DNA of 64,000 bases, taken from the NCBI GenBank assembly GCA_963711565.1, contig CAVQEQ010000001.1:1056001-1120000 (forward strand). The letters run 5' to 3'. Shown piece after piece: positions 38,622-48,520 of the stretch (its first letter is position 1; each line of letters begins with the position of its first letter). The notes below the pieces were generated by a model. It did not search any database and was not told the DNA's origin. It saw nothing but the letters and a program-made list of their open reading frames with translations. A program made the position numbers and the translations under genes. Source of the stretch: an uncultured delta proteobacterium. Its GTDB lineage: Bacteria > Desulfobacterota > Binatia > Binatales > Binataceae.

Positions 38622-38870
38622 TTACGCCGCGTTCGGTAATTGAATCCGCTCCTTTCGCGGCTGGAAATTGAGCATGATCTCAATGTCCTGATTGGGTTTT
38701 AGACGAACCTCATTTAGCGTGAGTAGTTCCGGAATCAATGCTTCGAGTTTCTCCCACAGCGACTTGTCGTCGGGTGCTTCTGCGGCCAGTCCGGGGATGT
38801 CGTCGCTATCCGCTACCCACATTTCAGCCTCTGCATCCCAAGTCACTTGAACGTTGAAACGATTTTGCAT
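38622..38870 (-). CDS. DUF1902 / HicB-like antitoxin
   Basis: WDAEAEMWVADSDDIPGLAAEA...IPELL; abuts hicA with no gap. Confidence 0.82.
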   Translation of the reverse strand: MQNRFNVQVTWDAEAEMWVADSDDIPGLAAEAPDDKSLWEKLEALIPELLTLNEVRLKPNQDIEIMLNFQPRKERIQLPNAA

Positions 38871-39013
38871 GAGGAACTCCCTGCCGGGGGCTTTAGGCGT
38901 TGGGCCGAGTCAGGCCGCGCCACCCTTGCTGGACAAAGCCTACCTAAAGCGCGGAAGCACAGGAAGCCGCCGCGCAAGCCCGCTTCTGTCAGCCCGCCTC
39001 GGAGGGGAGAGAG

Positions 39014-39460
39014 CTACTGCGTGATCACCATCGCCGCGGTGCGGGTGAGCGGGATCGTGACCGACGAAACCAGGCTCGTCAGCGGCGGGTATTTGTAGGT
39101 CACAACCACGGTAACCACGCTTCCGGGACTGTTGTTGGGCGACCAGGTCGTCGTGACCGTCATCGAATTTGTCTTCAATACACCCGCGACCAGAGTGTCC
39201 ACGTAGCTCTGAACTTGCGCCGCAGACACCGGCGACGGCGCGCTCGAGCCCCGCACCGTCGCATAGCGAACCGCCTGCTGAGCACTGTAACAAACGAAGT
39301 CGTAGCAGTAGAGCGCCAGCGCGAAGTTGATGATCCCGAAAAACAGCGCCAGGCACGGCGTCAGCACCAGCGCGAACTCTGCAATCGCCTGTCCGGGATG
39401 CCCATTCCTGAGAGCCACGCGCAGCCGGTGACGCCGCGGCTTGATACCGGTCGAGTTCAT
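39014..39460 (-). CDS. tadE: TadE-like pseudopilin
   Basis: GQAIAEFALVL prepilin motif, TM helix, AVRYA. Confidence 0.9.
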   Translation of the reverse strand: MNSTGIKPRRHRLRVALRNGHPGQAIAEFALVLTPCLALFFGIINFALALYCYDFVCYSAQQAVRYATVRGSSAPSPVSAAQVQSYVDTLVAGVLKTNSMTVTTTWSPNNSPGSVVTVVVTYKYPPLTSLVSSVTIPLTRTAAMVITQ

Positions 39461-39461
39461 T

Positions 39462-39932
39462 TTATTGGACGACGCGCATGATGGCTTTGCCGGGCACCGT
39501 GATCGGCGGCAGAATTCCCATGAATGAGATCAACGGCTTGTACGACGCGCTGGTATTCACTTCCGTGTACAACAATCGATGGCTCGCGGCGCAATCGGTC
39601 GCCAGGCACGTCAACGCGGACCCATCGGAGCATACGCAGAAGTGAGTCGCGGTCGCCGTCATCGCGACCAGATTGGGCGCGTCGTTGGCGGCCGCCGCCT
39701 GCATCCCGGCGTTATCGCCCGCGGTCGTCAGATTCTGCGAGCCGTACTGAACGCCGGCGCGCGCCGCGTTGGAAAGCGAAATCGCGATGTAAAACGCGCG
39801 CCCCGTTTCCACCACTACCAGGAACATCATCAGCAACAACGGAACGCTGAGCGCCAGCTCCACCGACGCTTGACCATGCCAACATTGCTCGCGACGCCGG
39901 CGCGTCCGACTCGATGCGCGCAGCGTACTCAT
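39462..39932 (-). CDS. tadE: TadE-like pseudopilin
   Basis: Start reassigned to ATG 39932 (ATGA overlap with tadG); GQASVELALSVP, NAARAGVQYG. Confidence 0.9.
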   Translation of the reverse strand: MSTLRASSRTRRRREQCWHGQASVELALSVPLLLMMFLVVVETGRAFYIAISLSNAARAGVQYGSQNLTTAGDNAGMQAAAANDAPNLVAMTATATHFCVCSDGSALTCLATDCAASHRLLYTEVNTSASYKPLISFMGILPPITVPGKAIMRVVQ

Positions 39933-41224
39933 TCGGCCAGCACCGCGCCTTTTATCGGCGAGCCGTCCGCGAGCGACGAGTAGTTGTTGCCGATTGCCGC
40001 GTTGCCATTTATCACCAGCTTGTCCGCCACTACGATGCTGTAGCCGTTGGCGCTGCTGTTGCCATTGAAGGTGACCTGAGTGGTCGGAAAGTAGAGCGCC
40101 CCATCGAAGGTCGAGCTGGAATTTCCGTTTATCGTGCTGGCCGCGCCGGTGCTCGGGATCGAGCGATCCTGAAAAAACAGGATTCCCGCCAGCGAGCCCG
40201 ACGTTGGTGCGCTGAAGTTCGCCTGCGAATTGCCGTTGAGTGTAATCGCGCCGTAAGCGCCCAACCCGGTGGTGTTGTAAAAGGTAATGCCCGTGCCGGT
40301 CATCGTCGAGTTGCCGTTTATCAGCATCCCGCCGCCCGCGAGGACGTAGGTGCCCGCGTTGAAATGGAGCCACGAATTCCCGTTGACCGAAATCCCGCCG
40401 CAGTACGTGCCCGCATAGAGCTGGTAGGGACTGCCGCTGCTGCCGTTGTTCCCATTCAAGGAAAAACTCGTGTGAGCGCATGAGCCAACGGTCGGCTCCT
40501 GCAGGTAGGCCAGCGGATCGGAGGCTGCAATCACCCCGGTCTTGGGCGTCGGCGTCAGCGTCACGTTGCCATTTTTGCTGTAGTTGCCCACCACCCCAAT
40601 CGTCGGCGCCGCGATCGTGACGTTGCCGTTGACCGTCATCCCGGTCGACGAGCTCGAATCCACCAGCAACCCGCAACTGCTCTGCACGTCAACGTTGCCG
40701 TTGCTCGACATCGCGCCCGACGCCGACGGGTCCATCACGTAGATGCAGTTCGGCCCGTTGCCTTCGTACGCCACCGCGCGCGCCGACACCGTCATTGTGC
40801 TGACCCCGAGCAGGCGCAGAAAATATGTCGGCTCGGCTTTGCTGACGATCGCCTCGACGTATTCCGTATTCGCCGTATTCGGTCCCATGCTCGGTGGATT
40901 GTTGACCGCGACGGTGACGCTGGCGGCGCCGTTGGTGTATCCGTTGGTGGCCGCGTCTGCTTTGGCCGCCGTCACCTCGTCGCCGTAATTCAGCTCCTCC
41001 GATCCAGCCATCGCCGCGCTGTCCGCTGCCGTCTGCATCAGGTTCCTTTGCTCTTGCATGAAACCGAAATCGGTGACGACCGCGATCATGCCCATGATTG
41101 CGATCAGCGACACGCAGATCAGCACCATCACCTGCCCACGCGCGCCCGCCTCCACCCTAAACACTCTGATAGCGCGATCCTGGCGCGATGCCGTGGAATT
41201 CACCCGCGAAACTTTGCTGCTCAT
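39929..41224 (-). CDS. tadG: TadG-like pilus protein with NGN-repeat C-terminal domain
   Basis: GQVMVL, TM helix, MQTAADSAAMAG; ten xxNGN repeats. Confidence 0.88.
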   Translation of the reverse strand: MSSKVSRVNSTASRQDRAIRVFRVEAGARGQVMVLICVSLIAIMGMIAVVTDFGFMQEQRNLMQTAADSAAMAGSEELNYGDEVTAAKADAATNGYTNGAASVTVAVNNPPSMGPNTANTEYVEAIVSKAEPTYFLRLLGVSTMTVSARAVAYEGNGPNCIYVMDPSASGAMSSNGNVDVQSSCGLLVDSSSSTGMTVNGNVTIAAPTIGVVGNYSKNGNVTLTPTPKTGVIAASDPLAYLQEPTVGSCAHTSFSLNGNNGSSGSPYQLYAGTYCGGISVNGNSWLHFNAGTYVLAGGGMLINGNSTMTGTGITFYNTTGLGAYGAITLNGNSQANFSAPTSGSLAGILFFQDRSIPSTGAASTINGNSSSTFDGALYFPTTQVTFNGNSSANGYSIVVADKLVINGNAAIGNNYSSLADGSPIKGAVLAE

Positions 41225-41885
41225 ATTCGGTTTGCTCCACCATAGAGAGCACCGCCCGTGCCATGCGATTTATCCACCCAATCGCCCACGAATGAGCGCT
41301 GAGATGTCCCAAGCTGAGTGTCGAGTGTCCCGATGTGACGCTGTTGAAGAACTCGGGACCGCGCACGGGCAGTCTCCTAACAGTTGTTAGGCGAACAATA
41401 CCGAACGGTTAATTCCGCAGAAATCTGTATTCAGAAGCGCTTATGCAAATTCGGGTTAACGCAGGCTACAGCGCGATACAAGCTATTTGTCCTTGGAAAT
41501 TCACCAGAAAGAGCGCGGAGGTTCTTTGACCAAATAATACTAATGATCATGCGCGATCGCTATTAAAAGAATAAACGCTTCTCCACCATCACTGAGATTC
41601 CCAAAACCATCGATGCCTACTCAATAATGCCGCATGCACGGCCCGTCCAGCGACGATGTTTGCGAGATTAGCCTAATGACCGCTAGGGGGCTGACAGTCG
41701 TTCTTTTGGGCACCTCGAAATTCAGGAAATTGCCCTTTCTCATTAGTCAAACTTATATTTCATATAATTAATTTCGTCCGATACTTGTGCTCGATGACAA
41801 AAATAATTGACGATTTTGATCAGCTGGTCCTAATGTCGAATTTAGGACATAGATCGCGGCCATGAGCCGCTCGGGAGGCTATTGT

Positions 41886-43202
41886 ATGCGAAGGCAGATC
41901 ACTTTGTCGTCAACTTTCTCGACGACCATCGCTACCCTGGTGCTGCTCGCGATCGGTGCGTTCAGCTCCCCAGGCTACGCCCAGGTTCAGCCGGGTGATT
42001 TCATCACGCCGGAGAACGCAGCCAAAGTTAAAGACCTGGTAGGCCCCGGCGTCTACTATAAGGTCGAGCACGGCATGACGATGAAGATCGTGCCGAGCCA
42101 GCGCGTCGATTGGCCGCCCCCCTACAAGGATGCGACCGAGAAATATTCTTCTCAGGTCCGTCTGTCAGAGGACAAGAAGTCGCTGGTCGGCTTCGTCGCC
42201 GGTCAGCCCTTCCCCTTGATCGACTCCAATGACCCCGACGTTGCCGTCAAGATCATCTGGAACAACGTCTTCCGCCCGATCACTTCGGATGACTACGATC
42301 TGCGATTCTACGACTGCGATTCCGCCTACGAGAGGAAAGGCCCGCAGACCGAGCAGATCGAGTATTTCCAAATCGGTCACTATGCCGGTTACGATCTCGT
42401 CGGCCGCACCGAAGTCGAGCCGATGCCCACCGACCCTGATTTCAAGACCACCGGCCGTTACTGGCTGTTCGGCCTCTATCCAATTCTTGCACCGCAGGAA
42501 ATTCGCGGAACTGGCTTCATCCGCTATCGTTACGCCGATCCAAGACGAGGCGATGACATCTGGAGCCTTGACGCCGGCTCACGCCGGCTGCGCCGCGTCA
42601 ACGAGGCGATTATGAGTTCCTCGACGACCGGTGGCGGAAGCGCCGCGCATACCTGGGATCCCGATCACTACTCGGGCTTCAATCCCAAGACCGAGCAGTA
42701 CTTCTATAAATTCCTCGGCGAGAAAAACATGCTCGCGACGATCCACGCCGACCACTCACCCGAACAGCGATGTCCCACTGACGGCGGCACCAGCGCGTGC
42801 CCCGAAACATGGGAGATGCGCCACATGTACATCGCGCAGGCGCTGCCCGATCGCTCGCGCATCAACGCGCTTGATTCACGTACGGTAATCTACATGGACA
42901 GCGAAATGTGGTTCGAGCCCTACATCGATACTTATGACCGGGCGGGCCATCTGTTCCGCGCCCATATCTACTGGCTGGCGACTCGCGACCGCCCGGTGCC
43001 CGACGCCAGGGTCGCAATCTATCCCTTCAAGCGCTCCTTTGTCGTAGGCGCGGTCTCCACCGACGTGCAGTCGGGCCTCGCCACGATGTGCTATCTGCCG
43101 GGGATGGAAACGCCTGAGCGCGAATGCTGGTACATCAACATGGGCGCGGTCGATCGCCAGTTCTTCACCACCCAGGCGATGGTCCGCGCGGCGTCGTTCT
43201 AA
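41886..43202 (+). CDS. DUF1329-family exported protein
   Basis: Signal peptide, PGDFITPEN, GQPFP, DDIWSL..GSRRLRR, YKFLGEK, WEMR; GGAGG before ATG 41886 (alternative start 41862). Confidence 0.82.
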   Translation: MRRQITLSSTFSTTIATLVLLAIGAFSSPGYAQVQPGDFITPENAAKVKDLVGPGVYYKVEHGMTMKIVPSQRVDWPPPYKDATEKYSSQVRLSEDKKSLVGFVAGQPFPLIDSNDPDVAVKIIWNNVFRPITSDDYDLRFYDCDSAYERKGPQTEQIEYFQIGHYAGYDLVGRTEVEPMPTDPDFKTTGRYWLFGLYPILAPQEIRGTGFIRYRYADPRRGDDIWSLDAGSRRLRRVNEAIMSSSTTGGGSAAHTWDPDHYSGFNPKTEQYFYKFLGEKNMLATIHADHSPEQRCPTDGGTSACPETWEMRHMYIAQALPDRSRINALDSRTVIYMDSEMWFEPYIDTYDRAGHLFRAHIYWLATRDRPVPDARVAIYPFKRSFVVGAVSTDVQSGLATMCYLPGMETPERECWYINMGAVDRQFFTTQAMVRAASF

Positions 43203-43222
43203 GCGCACATCTGTTCGCGACG

Positions 43223-43260
43223 AAAAAAGCGGGCGCGATCCAAGAATGGATCGCGCCCGC
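43223..43260 (-). terminator. Intrinsic terminator of the yidC-jag operon (possibly bidirectional)
   Basis: 14-bp stem GCGGGCGCGATCCA / TGGATCGCGCCCGC preceded by A6. Confidence 0.75.
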
Positions 43261-43263
43261 AAC

Positions 43264-43412
43264 CTTACCTCTTCCTTCGGGAGAGGTAAGAGCCGGGATT
43301 CTTCGCTTCGCTCTGAATGACACAAAAAACACTGGGTGCAGAGCCTGTCCTGAGCCTGCCGAAGGAGGTCACCCCTGCCCAAGGAAGCGTGAAACCCACG
43401 GAGGGGTTTCAC
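43264..43412. repeat. Composite palindromic repeat (B + C + D)
   Basis: CTTACCTCT..AGAGGTAAG hairpin followed by a close copy of 24630-24768. Confidence 0.85.
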
Positions 43413-43443
43413 TAAGATAAAGTTCCTGATCTCCTCCGCCGGC

Positions 43444-44430
43444 CTACACGATCCTCTTCTGCCCGTGCTTGAATCCACCCTGCTCGCCAATCGCTTCATT
43501 GCCGCGCTCGGGCTCTATCCGTTGGACTTCCCGCTCGCGCTCAGGTTCGCGACGACGCCCGCGATTCTGCCCCTCGCCGCGCGGTTCGCGCCGGCCGCCG
43601 CTGTCCGTCGGCACTATCTCGATTGATCGCATCGTGCCGTCGCCCGCCGATCGCGTCGTAATCATCGGATCGTCCTTGAGCGCCAGATGCACCACGCGGC
43701 GGTCGCGCGGCGGCATCGGCTCGAGCCGCACCGGCTTATGCTCGCGCTTGGCCTTCTCGCCCATCGACAGCGCCATCCGATGCAATTGCTGGCGGCGCCG
43801 CGCGCGATACGATTCGGTCTCGAGCGAAATCGGCGCCGCGTCCTTGATTCGCCGCGCCAGGATGCGGTTCACGATGTACTCGAGCGCGTCGAGCGTCTGC
43901 CCATGCCGCCCGATCAGAATCCCCGAGCCGTCGCCCCTTATCTCGAGCTCGACCGTCTCCGCATCGACTTCAATCTCCCGCACGTCGGTCTGCTCGCCCA
44001 TCTGCTCCAGAATCTGCTTGAGGATGACGATCGCCTCGCGGCGCTGATCCTCGACGCCCGCGCTTTTGCGCCCGGTGTCACCGCCGTCATCGTCGCCCGC
44101 GGACGCCGCCGGACTCGAGCTGCGCGCGCGGCCGTCATTGCGCCCCCGCCGCTGATTCTCGCGTCCGCGTCCGCTCCCATCAGGCGCGCGCTCTTTCCGG
44201 ACCTGCGACGCTACAGCTTGCGGCGCCGGCGACGACGCATTGCCTGCCTCGGCCTTGCGCGTCACTCGCACCCGCGCATTGCGCGCGCCCAGTCCGAGCA
44301 CGCCTGCGCGCGGCGTCGCGATCACTTCGATCGTGACCTCGTCCTCGCGCGCGCCAAGCTGTTCGAGCGCTTCCCTCGTCGCCTCTTCCACCGAGGCGGC
44401 TTCCACTTCTGTCGAATCCATATTGCTCAT
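43444..44430 (-). CDS. jag: Jag/EloR (KhpB) RNA-binding protein (Jag_N, KH, R3H)
   Basis: SVEEATREAL, ILIGRHGQTLDALEY, RDRRVVHLAL; downstream of yidC. Confidence 0.95.
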   Translation of the reverse strand: MSNMDSTEVEAASVEEATREALEQLGAREDEVTIEVIATPRAGVLGLGARNARVRVTRKAEAGNASSPAPQAVASQVRKERAPDGSGRGRENQRRGRNDGRARSSSPAASAGDDDGGDTGRKSAGVEDQRREAIVILKQILEQMGEQTDVREIEVDAETVELEIRGDGSGILIGRHGQTLDALEYIVNRILARRIKDAAPISLETESYRARRRQQLHRMALSMGEKAKREHKPVRLEPMPPRDRRVVHLALKDDPMITTRSAGDGTMRSIEIVPTDSGGRREPRGEGQNRGRRREPEREREVQRIEPERGNEAIGEQGGFKHGQKRIV

Positions 44431-46142
44431 GTAGCCGGCGTGTATTGTTGGAATTCGCGGTTGAGAAAGTATTGCTGGATAACGCCCAGCAGGTTAGACG
44501 AAAAATAGTACAAAGCCAGTCCCGCCGGAAAGTTTATAAACATGACCGTGAAGATCAGCGGCGTCAGCATCATCATCTTCTGCTGATTCGGATCCGGCGT
44601 CGTCGGCGTCATGTATTGCTGCATGAAGCTGGTCACGCCCATCAGCAGCACCAGCACCGGCAAGCCGTGGCAATTCATCAGCGGCAGTTGCGGCAGCCCC
44701 GGCACGTGCAGGCAATCGGGCGTCGACAAGTCGTTGATCCAGCCGACGAACGGCGCATGCCGCAGCTCGATCGAATTCAGCAGCGCCTCGTACAGCCCGA
44801 GAAAAATCGGCAGTTGCAGCGCCATCGGCGCGCACCCGCCCAGCGGATTGACGTGATTGCGCTTGTAGAGATCGACCATCTCTTTCTGCAGCTGCTCGTT
44901 GTTGTCCTTATGCTTGTCGCGCAGCCGCTGAATCTGCGGTTGCAGCCGCTGCATCTTCATCATCGATCGCTGGCTCCTGATCGATAGCGGCAGGAACGCG
45001 ATCCGGATCGACACCGTCAGCAGGATAATATCGACGCCGTAGTTGGGCGCGATGTAGTGAAACAGTTTGAGCGCGCGCAGAAAGATAATCGCCAGGATTC
45101 CGAAGATGCCGAAATCGATCGCCTTGTGCAGCGCCGGATTCACCCCGTCCAGCGTCTCCAGCAGCTTCGGCCCCATGAAGATTTCGGTGTGGACTCGCGT
45201 CGCGCCGTCGAACAGGATGCGCGCGATCGCCTCGTCGCCGGCGTAGGACATCGTCAGCTCGCCGATCGCCGGCTGCTGCGGCAGAAATACCGCGAGGAAG
45301 TAGCGGTCGCCGAAACCCGCATACGTGATCGGCCCCGTCAGCGGCGGCACTCCCTTCTGCAGGTTCTTCTGACTCTCGGTGATCACCTTGTCGGCAACGT
45401 CGCCCTGCAATTCGGGGATATCGCGATACCCCTGATGGGCCGTCAGCGGCTGGCTCATCGAAACGCCGAGCTGATTCACCGCCGGCCCGCCGCTGGTAGC
45501 CACGTCCATCGAAAACACGTAGCTCGACGGCTTGAACGTGAAGGTCTTGGTGATAGTGGCGCCGTCCGCGGTCTTCGCGACAAATGCCGCCGTCGCGTCC
45601 CCGCTGGCGGCCACCTTGATCTGTGCGGGCGAATTCGTTTCGTAGTCGAGATCGCTGTCGTCGTAGACTTGGCCGCTACGCGTCAACACCGCGCCCAGCG
45701 GCAGATGGCCTCCCGGCTGCACTTGCACCATCTCATACGGCGGACTGCCCTTCGCCGCCGCCTGCCGATAGCGTGTGAGCACGAAACTCTTGAGCCGCGC
45801 GCCACGCGTCGTGAACACAGCTACGTAAAAATCCGAATCGACTTCGACCGTCCGCTCCGGCACCAGCGCCATCGACGGCGTCATCGCAGTGGATTGCGGA
45901 CCCGCCGCGGTTGCCGCCGTCGCGACCGCTCCCGGAAGCGCCGTGCCGCTCGCCGTCAACGGCGTCGCCTGCCCATTGCCGAGCGCCTGCGCCTGCTCGG
46001 TCTTCGCCGCCTTGGCCTTCTCAGCAGCCTGCTGTTGTTGCTGAGTGGGGGCAGGAAAAAAGCGCTTCAGCACCAGCTCCTGGTAGGCAACCACCAGCAC
46101 GATAGACAAAATAACCGCAAGCAGTACTCGACTAGAATCCAA
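44427..46142 (-). CDS. yidC: Membrane protein insertase YidC
   Basis: IDFG, NYGVDIILLT, LYKRNHVNPLGGC, QLPIF, WINDLS, FPAGLALY. Confidence 0.97.
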   Translation of the reverse strand: MDSSRVLLAVILSIVLVVAYQELVLKRFFPAPTQQQQQAAEKAKAAKTEQAQALGNGQATPLTASGTALPGAVATAATAAGPQSTAMTPSMALVPERTVEVDSDFYVAVFTTRGARLKSFVLTRYRQAAAKGSPPYEMVQVQPGGHLPLGAVLTRSGQVYDDSDLDYETNSPAQIKVAASGDATAAFVAKTADGATITKTFTFKPSSYVFSMDVATSGGPAVNQLGVSMSQPLTAHQGYRDIPELQGDVADKVITESQKNLQKGVPPLTGPITYAGFGDRYFLAVFLPQQPAIGELTMSYAGDEAIARILFDGATRVHTEIFMGPKLLETLDGVNPALHKAIDFGIFGILAIIFLRALKLFHYIAPNYGVDIILLTVSIRIAFLPLSIRSQRSMMKMQRLQPQIQRLRDKHKDNNEQLQKEMVDLYKRNHVNPLGGCAPMALQLPIFLGLYEALLNSIELRHAPFVGWINDLSTPDCLHVPGLPQLPLMNCHGLPVLVLLMGVTSFMQQYMTPTTPDPNQQKMMMLTPLIFTVMFINFPAGLALYYFSSNLLGVIQQYFLNREFQQYTPAT

Positions 46143-46294
46143 TTTTGTTCCTTGTTCTCTTTCCGTTCCGCGCGCATTCTCGGCGCGCTCTTAATACCTC
46201 GCCCGTTATTTTACGGGAGAGGCGGCCGGCCGCATCGCGGCCGGTAGGTGAGGGTTCTGGGCCCACACCGCAAATCCAGGCGCGCGCACGTTTT

Positions 46295-46423
46295 TGTATC
46301 ATTCCGAGTGGAAGCCCCCGCGGCGAAGAATCTCGACGGACACTCTTGCGTCCGGCGCCTGTCGCACAAGCGCGCGCAGACGCGCGCGATCCTTCGCTGC
46401 GCAGACTCCGCTCAGGATGACAC
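46295..46423. repeat. Degenerate inverted pair of family C repeats inside the yidD-yidC operon
   Basis: TATCATTCCGAG...CGAAGAATCT (46295-46334) and GATCCTTCG...CTCAGGATGACA (46388-46423). Confidence 0.7.
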
Positions 46424-46448
46424 AACGAAAGGAGCAGACGGCTTCTTC

Positions 46449-46787
46449 TCATCGAGATCGCTCCTCTGCCGCTGCCTCACGCCCGCGCACCGGATCGAAG
46501 CCATGCCCACCGAGCGGATTGCACCGCGCAACCCGCCACGCGGCCATGATACCGCCGCGAATAATTCCGTACTCCGCGATCGCGTCGCGCGCGTACGCCG
46601 AGCAGCTCGGCTCGAACCGGCATGCCGGCCCGTTGATCGCATGAATCACCGGCGAGACCACCGCGCGATAAATCGCGAGCATGCCAACCGCCACCAGTCG
46701 CGGCGATGTACCAATCTTCCGCACCGTTCTTTCCGGTTCCCCTTCCCACCATGGGAAGGGGTTAGGGGTTAGGTTATCTTGCATCAA
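46449..46787 (-). CDS. yidD: Membrane protein insertion efficiency factor YidD
   Basis: YRAVVSP, CRFEPSCSAYA, RCNPLGGHGFDPV; N-terminus overlaps a family A repeat, start uncertain. Confidence 0.93.
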   Translation of the reverse strand: MMQDNLTPNPFPWWEGEPERTVRKIGTSPRLVAVGMLAIYRAVVSPVIHAINGPACRFEPSCSAYARDAIAEYGIIRGGIMAAWRVARCNPLGGHGFDPVRGREAAAEERSR

Positions 46788-47161
46788 TCACCCCGTCCCG
46801 CGATGCGACCGCTAACGTTACGCGCCGCCATCGCAAGTTCATCGCAGATAGCCGCCGATCCGAGCGCAGCGGCACCGCCGCGCGCGATCACGACTATCGA
46901 TGTACCCGCTGGAAGCCGGTCACGAATCACTTTCCTGAAACACTCGCGCACGCGTCGCTTCACCCGGTTGCGCATCACCGCGTTGCCGATTCTGCGCGAC
47001 ACCGTCACTCCCAGGCGCGAGCGCGCCGGCTCGGCGTCGAGACTGCCCGCATAGAGCACGAAATGGGGACTCTGGAATCGCACGCCGTTTCGCTGGAGGC
47101 GCAAAAATTCCGCGCTTCGATGCAGCCGGTCTGCCGCCGCGAAGCTTGATTGCGCGCGCAC
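46784..47161 (-). CDS. rnpA: Ribonuclease P protein component
   Basis: RLGVTVSRRIGNAVMRNRVKRRVRE (RNR motif). Confidence 0.96.
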   Translation of the reverse strand: MRAQSSFAAADRLHRSAEFLRLQRNGVRFQSPHFVLYAGSLDAEPARSRLGVTVSRRIGNAVMRNRVKRRVRECFRKVIRDRLPAGTSIVVIARGGAAALGSAAICDELAMAARNVSGRIAGRGD

Positions 47162-47167
47162 TGGAGC

Positions 47168-47326
47168 TTAGCCCGGCTGCTTGGGCGGGATCGAGATTGC
47201 CAGCCGCGTGCGGCCCTTGGCGCGGCGGCGCTTGAGTATCTTGCGGCCGCCCGGCGTGGCCATCCGCGCCAGGAATCCATGAGTTCGTTTGCGACGGCGG
47301 TTATGCGGTTGGTAGGTCCTTTTCAT
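47168..47326 (-). CDS. rpmH: 50S ribosomal protein L34 (absent from the ORF track, 52 aa)
   Basis: Translated by hand: [52 protein letters not shown]. Confidence 0.98.
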   Translation of the reverse strand: MKRTYQPHNRRRKRTHGFLARMATPGGRKILKRRRAKGRTRLAISIPPKQPG

Positions 47327-47543
47327 TGCGCGGGGCCAGTTTCACTCGGTTTTGAATTCCGACCGGCAAGGTCGGTTAGTAGGTCGGGTATCTCTCGTCC
47401 GGCAGGTCTTTTTGGATCGACCCCGAACACGCAATCGAACCATACCGCGCGCGATTGAGCAAGCACCCCGCTCCGGGGGGCGCTCTCTTAATTCGGGGTT
47501 GAGTGTCTTAATTTGAAATCCTCAGTGTCTTAATTTGCCGCGC

Positions 47544-47933
47544 TCACTTGGCAAAAAGAAGTGCAGGCTTATCACCTTGCTCGGTGCTGACAACTCGTTC
47601 CGTCTTGTCGTAGTTTACGACGCATTCCCTAGATTGCTCGTGCAGATAGTCCAATTCTTTCTTGTCGAACCACATTGCGAAAGGCAAGTACGTAAATTCT
47701 GCGCCCGGATGAAGCAGCATGATTTGGCCGTGCGGATCGCAGTCATAATCGTCGTTGTGCAGTACGCCGCGTACCATGGCACCCATTGGCGGCGTTCCCA
47801 ATTTCGCGATGACCTCTTCGCGAGTCATGCCCGATTTGATTTGATTAAGATTGCCGTCCGCCGTCTTGGTACTGATTCCGCAGCCAGCTAACCAGCCCAC
47901 AAGCGCGAGCGCGGCTGCGTGGCGTGGCTTCAT
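47544..47933 (-). CDS. Putative lipoprotein (SmpA/BamE-like motif)
   Basis: MKPRHAAALALVGWLAGC lipobox; IKSGMTREEVIAKLGTP. Confidence 0.7.
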   Translation of the reverse strand: MKPRHAAALALVGWLAGCGISTKTADGNLNQIKSGMTREEVIAKLGTPPMGAMVRGVLHNDDYDCDPHGQIMLLHPGAEFTYLPFAMWFDKKELDYLHEQSRECVVNYDKTERVVSTEQGDKPALLFAK

Positions 47934-48154
47934 AACTGGCGGTTTACCAGAATTCAGAAGTCCGCGGCAATGAAACGGGATCCGCCCGTCGTCTTCGCGG
48001 CAACCGGGGGATGAAGCTTTCAGGCGTGCGTCGTCTTTACGAGCCATCGGTCTGCCGCGCGTTCCGATAATTCATTTGCGAAAAAACGAACTGCCAATTG
48101 ACCGCCGCCTCCGTTATATTGATTCACCAACTCCCTAGCTGAAGGGCAGCTCGA

Positions 48155-48520
48155 ATGCCAAAACTCAAATTCGCGCGCATCATTCTTTTCACCAATCAGA
48201 TCGACGAGATGACCCGCTACTACGGGACCATCCTCGGCCTCAAACAAATCACCGACGAGCGGATGTGGCGCGAGTTCAACGCCGGCGGCACCTGCATCGC
48301 GCTCCATTCGGGGCCGCCGTCGCCGGGCCGCAAAGGCCCCAAGATTGTCTTTCATGCTGACAACGTCGCCGAGCTGAGGAGCACCTTGGTCGCGCGCGGC
48401 GCGCGCTTCGGCAAGGTCAGCAGCGGTGAATTGTGTCTGTGCGACGGCAAGGACCCGGACGGCAACCCGGTGCAGCTCTCCAACCGCGCTAGACGCGGTC
48501 GTCCCGCTACTCGCCCTTGA
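48155..48520 (+). CDS. VOC/glyoxalase family protein
   Basis: RYYGTILGL, IVFHADNV, KDPDGNPVQL. Confidence 0.88.
   Translation: MPKLKFARIILFTNQIDEMTRYYGTILGLKQITDERMWREFNAGGTCIALHSGPPSPGRKGPKIVFHADNVAELRSTLVARGARFGKVSSGELCLCDGKDPDGNPVQLSNRARRGRPATRP

Noticed and set aside
39933-40676. Long N-terminal part of ORF 39462-40676
   Set aside because: Overlaps tadG in another frame; the TadE motif begins after ATG 39932
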